From an uncultured bacterium (GTDB lineage Bacteria > Krumholzibacteriota > Krumholzibacteriia > LZORAL124-64-63): DNA of 64,000 bases. Within the stretch, counting starts at the first letter, position 1, and every line of letters begins with the position of its first letter. Positions 59,479 to 64,000 of this stretch are shown here, piece by piece. A program made the position numbers and the translations under genes. The stretch is from positions 96,001 to 160,000 of the forward strand of contig CAVSZB010000008.1 of NCBI GenBank assembly GCA_963732385.1, written 5' to 3'. A model generated the notes under the pieces. The model was not told the origin of the DNA. It saw only the letters and a list, made by a program, of their open reading frames with translations, and ran no database searches.

Positions 59479-60342
59479 GTGGGCTTGCTGGCGAAGCTGA
59501 CGGGCGCGGGCGGGACGGTGCCGGCGGGCGAACGGCAACTGCCGCTGGCCACCGGGGCGTTCTGGATCGGCTGGTACTCCTATCGCGAGATGGCCCGGCG
59601 GCGGCGTCTGGTGGCCATGGGCGCTGTCATGCTGGTGCCGGTGCTGATGTGCCTGGCGTGGCGTCTGCTCGACCGCGACGGCGCCGTCTCCGCCTCGCTG
59701 TTGCTGGCGAACCTCGGCGGGATCGTCTACGTGCCGTTCATGACCGCGCTGGTCTCTTTGGCCTTTGGCGTGTCGGCGATCGGCGAGGAGGTCGAGGAGG
59801 GAACGATCCTCTACTACTGGACCCGTCCCGTCGGCCGGGGCGCCATCCATCTCGGCCGCCTGGTGGCGGCGCAGACCGTGGCGGCCACGCTGCTGGCCGG
59901 GTCGCTCGCCCTCTGTTTCGCGGTCATCACAGCCGGCAACTTCGGAGCGCTCACGGCGAAGTTCGTGCATGCGTACCTGGTCACGGTGGGCGTGGTCGTG
60001 CTCGGCGCGTTCGTCTACACCGCCATCTTCGCCGCCATGGGCACCGGTCTGAAACGCCCGATGCTGGCGGCCCTGCTGTTCGCGTTCGGCTGGGAGACGA
60101 TGACCGGCAACATCCCGGCGCGCATCCAGCAGTTGACGGTGGTTTTCCACCTGCGCAACCTGATCGGCAATACCGAGGCCGGCACGCGCAGCGTGCCCAA
60201 CCTGCTGCTCGAACTGCTGCGCCAGGTGCAGCACGAGGCGCCGGTGCCTGGGTGGCGGTCGGTGCTGGTGCTGCTGGCGACGATGATTCTCGCCGGCCTG
60301 CTCGGCGCCTGGCTCCTGCGTCGCAAGGAGATCTTCCGCTGA
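59479..60342 (+). CDS. ABC-2 type transporter permease
   Basis: TM helices, EVEEGTILYYWTRP. Confidence 0.85.
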   Translation: MGLLAKLTGAGGTVPAGERQLPLATGAFWIGWYSYREMARRRRLVAMGAVMLVPVLMCLAWRLLDRDGAVSASLLLANLGGIVYVPFMTALVSLAFGVSAIGEEVEEGTILYYWTRPVGRGAIHLGRLVAAQTVAATLLAGSLALCFAVITAGNFGALTAKFVHAYLVTVGVVVLGAFVYTAIFAAMGTGLKRPMLAALLFAFGWETMTGNIPARIQQLTVVFHLRNLIGNTEAGTRSVPNLLLELLRQVQHEAPVPGWRSVLVLLATMILAGLLGAWLLRRKEIFR

Positions 60343-60344
60343 CC

Positions 60345-60986
60345 ATGCCTGCCCGCGGCGTTGAGCCCGGTCCGCTGGACCGCTCGGGCGCGCACTGCCC
60401 CGGCGTGGTGGTGCCGGTTGCGTTCTTCGCCCGTCCCACGCTCGAGGTGGCGCGCGATCTGATCGGCTGTGTCGTCACCACCGGCCACGGCGCCACGCTC
60501 ACGGCGGGCCGCATCGTCGAGACGGAGGCGTATCTGGGCGAGGATGACCCCGCCTCGCACGCCGCCCGCGGCCCTACGCCGCGCGCCTCCATCATGTTCG
60601 GTCCGCCCGGCGTGGCCTATGTCTACCTGATCTACGGCCTGCACCACTGCCTCAACTTCGTCACCGAGCGGGACGGCACGGCCGGCGCGGTGCTGATCCG
60701 GGCGCTCGCTCCGGTGGCGGGGCGGGAGGTGATGGCCGGTCGGCGCGCGGCCGGTGGTCGTCTGCCGCGGCCGTCCGCGCTGTGTGACGGTCCGGGCCGG
60801 CTCTGTCGCGCGCTTGGCATCGACCGGACGTGGAACGGCGAATCGGCGCAGGGGCCGCGCCTGCGGGTCCTGGCGCGCCGGGGGGCGCCGCCCCACATCG
60901 TGATGACGCCGCGCATCGGCGTGCGGCGGGCGGCGGACCGGCCGTGGCGTTTCGTGGCGGAGGCGGATGCCGCGGCGCCGGTTTGA
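60345..60986 (+). CDS. DNA-3-methyladenine glycosylase (MPG/AAG family)
   Basis: IVETEAY, DPASH, YVYLIYGLH, GAVLIRA, GPGRLC, PRIG, PWRF. Confidence 0.92.
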   Translation: MPARGVEPGPLDRSGAHCPGVVVPVAFFARPTLEVARDLIGCVVTTGHGATLTAGRIVETEAYLGEDDPASHAARGPTPRASIMFGPPGVAYVYLIYGLHHCLNFVTERDGTAGAVLIRALAPVAGREVMAGRRAAGGRLPRPSALCDGPGRLCRALGIDRTWNGESAQGPRLRVLARRGAPPHIVMTPRIGVRRAADRPWRFVAEADAAAPV

Positions 60987-61011
60987 CACCACGCAAGACC
61001 GGTGCTAGCGT
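60983..61011 (+). promoter_or_regulatory. Sigma70-type promoter for the M16 peptidase pair
   Basis: TTGACA (60983-60988), 17-nt spacer ending in TGC, TAGCGT (61006-61011). Confidence 0.5.
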
Positions 61012-61135
61012 GCGCCTGCGCCCCGTTCGCGCTATCTTGAGACCCTTCCCCGATCGTGTGTTTGTCCGCCCGGCCCGCCCCCGGGCGACTTCTGGCCGCC
61101 CCCGCCTTGCGGGGGCCTTCCCGACGGAGGCTTTC

Positions 61136-62674
61136 ATGCCCGGTACCAAACGACCGTGCGGCGCGGTCCTCGCCGCTCTCGCCCTGCTGCTGGCGGCCGT
61201 TCCCGCGCTGGCGGGCGACTACCGCGACCTGGAGAACCAGGTGGAGGAGTTCAGCCTGCCCAACGGCCTGCACTTTCTGGTGCTGCGTCGCCCCGAAGTG
61301 CCGGTCTTCTCGTTCAACACCTATGTGGACGCCGGCAGCGTGAACGAGGTGCAGGGGATCACCGGTCTTGCGCACATCCTCGAACATATGGCGTTCAAGG
61401 GGACGCCGGAGATCGGCACCTCCGATGCCAAAGCGGAAGCAAAGGCGATGGCGGCGGAGGATGCCGCTTTCGCCGCGCTGCGCGTCGAGCGGATGCGCGG
61501 GGCGCTGGTAGACTCGACACGCCTGCGCGAACTGGAGCAGGTCTTCGCCGACGCCCGCGACGCCGCGCGCAAGTTCGTCGTGAGCAACGAATTCGGGCAG
61601 ATCGTCGAGCACAACGGCGGCGTGGGTCTGAACGCCTCCACTGGCGCCGACGCCACCAATTACTACTACAGCCTGCCGGCCAACCGCCTCGAGTTGTGGG
61701 CCTATCTCGAGAGTTCCCGCATGGCCCACCCGGTCATGCGCGAGTTCTACACGGAGAAGGACGGCCCGGTCACCGAAGAACGGCGCATGCGCACGGACAA
61801 CAGCCCGATCGGCATGCTGGTCGAACAGTTCCAGAACCTGGCCTTCAGCGCGCATCCCTACCAGCACGCCACGATCGGCTACATGTCGGATCTGAATTCG
61901 ATCTCCCGCGCCGACTGCGAGGCGTTCTATCGCGCGAATTATGTCGGCAACAACATGGCCGTGTCCGTCGTGGGGGACGTGGACCGCGCCGAGGTGGAGC
62001 GGCTGGCGCGCCGGTATTTCAGCCAGGTGCCGGGCCCATGTCCGGTGCCCGAGGTCGTGACGGTCGAGCCGGTCCAGAAGGGTGAGAAGCGGCTGGTCGT
62101 GGAGCACTCCGCGCAGCCGTTCATCTTCATCGGGTTCCACAAGGGCGGCGCCAACGATCCGGACGATTCGGTGTATGACGCCGTGGCCAGCATCCTGGGC
62201 CAGGGGCGCTCGAGTCGTCTCTTCAAGGCGCTGGTGAAGGAGCAGAAGCTGGCGGTCCAGGCGATGTCGTTCGCCGGATTCCCCGGCACGAAGTACCCGG
62301 ACCTGATGCTGCTGATCGCCGTGCCGGCCAAGGACGTCACGGCGGCGCAGTGCGAGACGGCCATGCTGGCCGAAATCGACCGGATGGTGGCGGACGGTGT
62401 CACCGCGGACGAGCTGGCCGGCGTGAAGGCCCGCGCGCGCGCCGATTTCATCCGCTCGCTGCAGAGCAACCAGGGTCTCGCGAACCAGCTCAATTCCTAC
62501 CAGATGCTCACCGGCGACTGGCGCAACATGTTCCGCCAGGTCGACAAGATCGACGCCGTGACCCTTGAGGATGTCCGGCGCGTGTCGCGCGAACTCTTCA
62601 AGGTCAGCAATCGCACGGTCGCGGCCATCGAGACGGCCAGGAGCGGGGACAAGGCCAAAGGCTCGGCGAACTGA
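61136..62674 (+). CDS. M16 (pitrilysin/insulinase) zinc peptidase, catalytic subunit
   Basis: Signal peptide, GLAHILEHMAFKG (HxxEH), LNAST, EERRMR. Confidence 0.92.
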   Translation: MPGTKRPCGAVLAALALLLAAVPALAGDYRDLENQVEEFSLPNGLHFLVLRRPEVPVFSFNTYVDAGSVNEVQGITGLAHILEHMAFKGTPEIGTSDAKAEAKAMAAEDAAFAALRVERMRGALVDSTRLRELEQVFADARDAARKFVVSNEFGQIVEHNGGVGLNASTGADATNYYYSLPANRLELWAYLESSRMAHPVMREFYTEKDGPVTEERRMRTDNSPIGMLVEQFQNLAFSAHPYQHATIGYMSDLNSISRADCEAFYRANYVGNNMAVSVVGDVDRAEVERLARRYFSQVPGPCPVPEVVTVEPVQKGEKRLVVEHSAQPFIFIGFHKGGANDPDDSVYDAVASILGQGRSSRLFKALVKEQKLAVQAMSFAGFPGTKYPDLMLLIAVPAKDVTAAQCETAMLAEIDRMVADGVTADELAGVKARARADFIRSLQSNQGLANQLNSYQMLTGDWRNMFRQVDKIDAVTLEDVRRVSRELFKVSNRTVAAIETARSGDKAKGSAN

Positions 62675-62716
62675 CGTCGGCCGGGCCGCCGCGCGCGGCC
62701 GGAGAGGAATCACGAG

Positions 62717-64000
62717 ATGAATCGCAACCGGATGACCCTGGGGAGCCTGCTGCTGATCACCCTCTGTATCGCTGCCGCCGCGCCGGCGGATGCGGGCAGG
62801 GGGGGGGCGCGGCCGTGGGAAAAATTCAAACTGGCGCCTCTGGGCGAGGTGCAGATTCCGGTCTACGAGCGCATCGTGCTGGCCAACGGCATGGTGCTCT
62901 ACATGGTCGAGGACCACACGTTTCCGCTCATCGAAATGTCGGCCACGATCCGCGCCGGCGCGCTCTATGAACCGGCGGAGAAGATCGGGCTGGCCGATAT
63001 CACCGGCAGCGTCATGCGCACCGGCGGCACGCCGTCGTGGTCGGGCGACGCCATCGACGAGGCGCTCGAGGCGATGGGCGCCGAAGTCGAGACCTACATC
63101 GGCGACGAGTCCGGCGGCGCCTATCTTTCGGCCCTCAGCAGCGATTTCGACCAGGCGCTCGCCATCCTGGCGGAAGTGCTGGCCGCGCCCCGTTTTGACC
63201 AGGTCAAGATCGACCTCGCGAAGAAGGAGCAGACCTCGGGGATCGCGCGGCGCAACGACGATCCCATGACCATCGCGCGGCGTGAGTTCGCACGCATCAT
63301 CTATGGCGCTGATCACCCGCTCGGCCGCCTGACCGAGTACGAGACGATCAACGCCATCAGTCGCGACGATCTGGTGAAGTTCCACCGCGATCACGTCGGC
63401 CCCGACCGCACCTACATGGTGGTCATTGGCGATTTCCAGCCGGCCACGATGAAGGCGAAGCTCGAGCAGGCGTTCGCCGGCTGGGCCCGGGCGGCCGTCC
63501 CGCTGCCGGCCGATCCCGTCATCCCCGAGTTCCCGGCGACCGTGAACATCGTCGACAAATCCGACCTCACGCAGTCGACGGTGCTGCTCGGACACCTGGG
63601 CATCCGCGCCAGCGATCCCTCGTACGCGGGCCTCCAGGTCGCCAACCGGATCCTGGGCGGAGGCTTCGCCTCGCGGCTGTTCGTCGAAGTGCGCAGCAAC
63701 CGCGGCTATGCCTACTCCACGGGCAGCCAGTCCGGCACCGGCTGGCGTTTCCCGGGCGTGTTCGTGGCATTCGTCGGCACGAAGTCGGGCTCCACGCAGG
63801 ACGCCACGCAGGTGATCATCGACCAGATCCGGCGCATGACGACGGAGCCGGTCACCCCGGAGGAGCTGCAGCGCGCGAAGGACAGCATCCTCAACGCCGA
63901 GGTGTTCAACTTCGACACGAAGCGCAAGATCCTCGACCGCGTGGTGCTCTACGAAATGTACGGGTACCCGGCCGACTTCCTGCAGAAGTACATGGCGGCG
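62717..64000 (+). CDS. M16 peptidase non-catalytic partner subunit, truncated at the window end
   Basis: Manual translation MNRNRMTLGSLLL...LANGMVLYMVEDH...ILGGGFASRLF.EVR..RGYAY; no HxxEH; absent from the ORF track because there is no stop in the window. Confidence 0.88.
   Translation, partial: MNRNRMTLGSLLLITLCIAAAAPADAGRGGARPWEKFKLAPLGEVQIPVYERIVLANGMVLYMVEDHTFPLIEMSATIRAGALYEPAEKIGLADITGSVMRTGGTPSWSGDAIDEALEAMGAEVETYIGDESGGAYLSALSSDFDQALAILAEVLAAPRFDQVKIDLAKKEQTSGIARRNDDPMTIARREFARIIYGADHPLGRLTEYETINAISRDDLVKFHRDHVGPDRTYMVVIGDFQPATMKAKLEQAFAGWARAAVPLPADPVIPEFPATVNIVDKSDLTQSTVLLGHLGIRASDPSYAGLQVANRILGGGFASRLFVEVRSNRGYAYSTGSQSGTGWRFPGVFVAFVGTKSGSTQDATQVIIDQIRRMTTEPVTPEELQRAKDSILNAEVFNFDTKRKILDRVVLYEMYGYPADFLQKYMAA

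Overview
GC-rich (by eye) chromosomal window from a diderm bacterium. The FlgD-like C-terminal sorting domain, PorV-like barrel, DUF5916 protein and TamA/TamB suggest an FCB-superphylum lineage such as Krumholzibacteriota/Latescibacterota; this is inference only. About 55 CDS are supportable; no rRNA, tRNA or CRISPR array was seen. Highlights: (1) a small operon at 1278-1698 in which both genes have an in-frame UGA followed 16-21 nt later by the apical loop of a SECIS-like hairpin, i.e. two candidate selenoproteins that the ORF track misses or truncates; (2) a sphingolipid operon (Spt, bCerS-like GNAT, CerR-like reductase) ending in an Aur1/IPC-synthase-like PAP2 gene; (3) a six-gene surface operon at 14.8-25.1 kb (tandem lamin-tail protein, PorV-like barrel, ComEA-HhH/beta-barrel, FadL-like channel, ComEC-type MBL lipoprotein, 5'-nucleotidase) that looks like an extracellular nucleic-acid capture and salvage system; (4) an atypical ~1.2 kb IS with 20-bp inverted repeats; (5) a stand-alone Clp D2-only ATPase with an IGF loop; (6) a divergent MetK coupled to a Met-gamma-lyase-like gene. 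Two single-G frameshifts in G runs are probably sequencing errors. All product calls come from motif recognition by eye, not from database searches.
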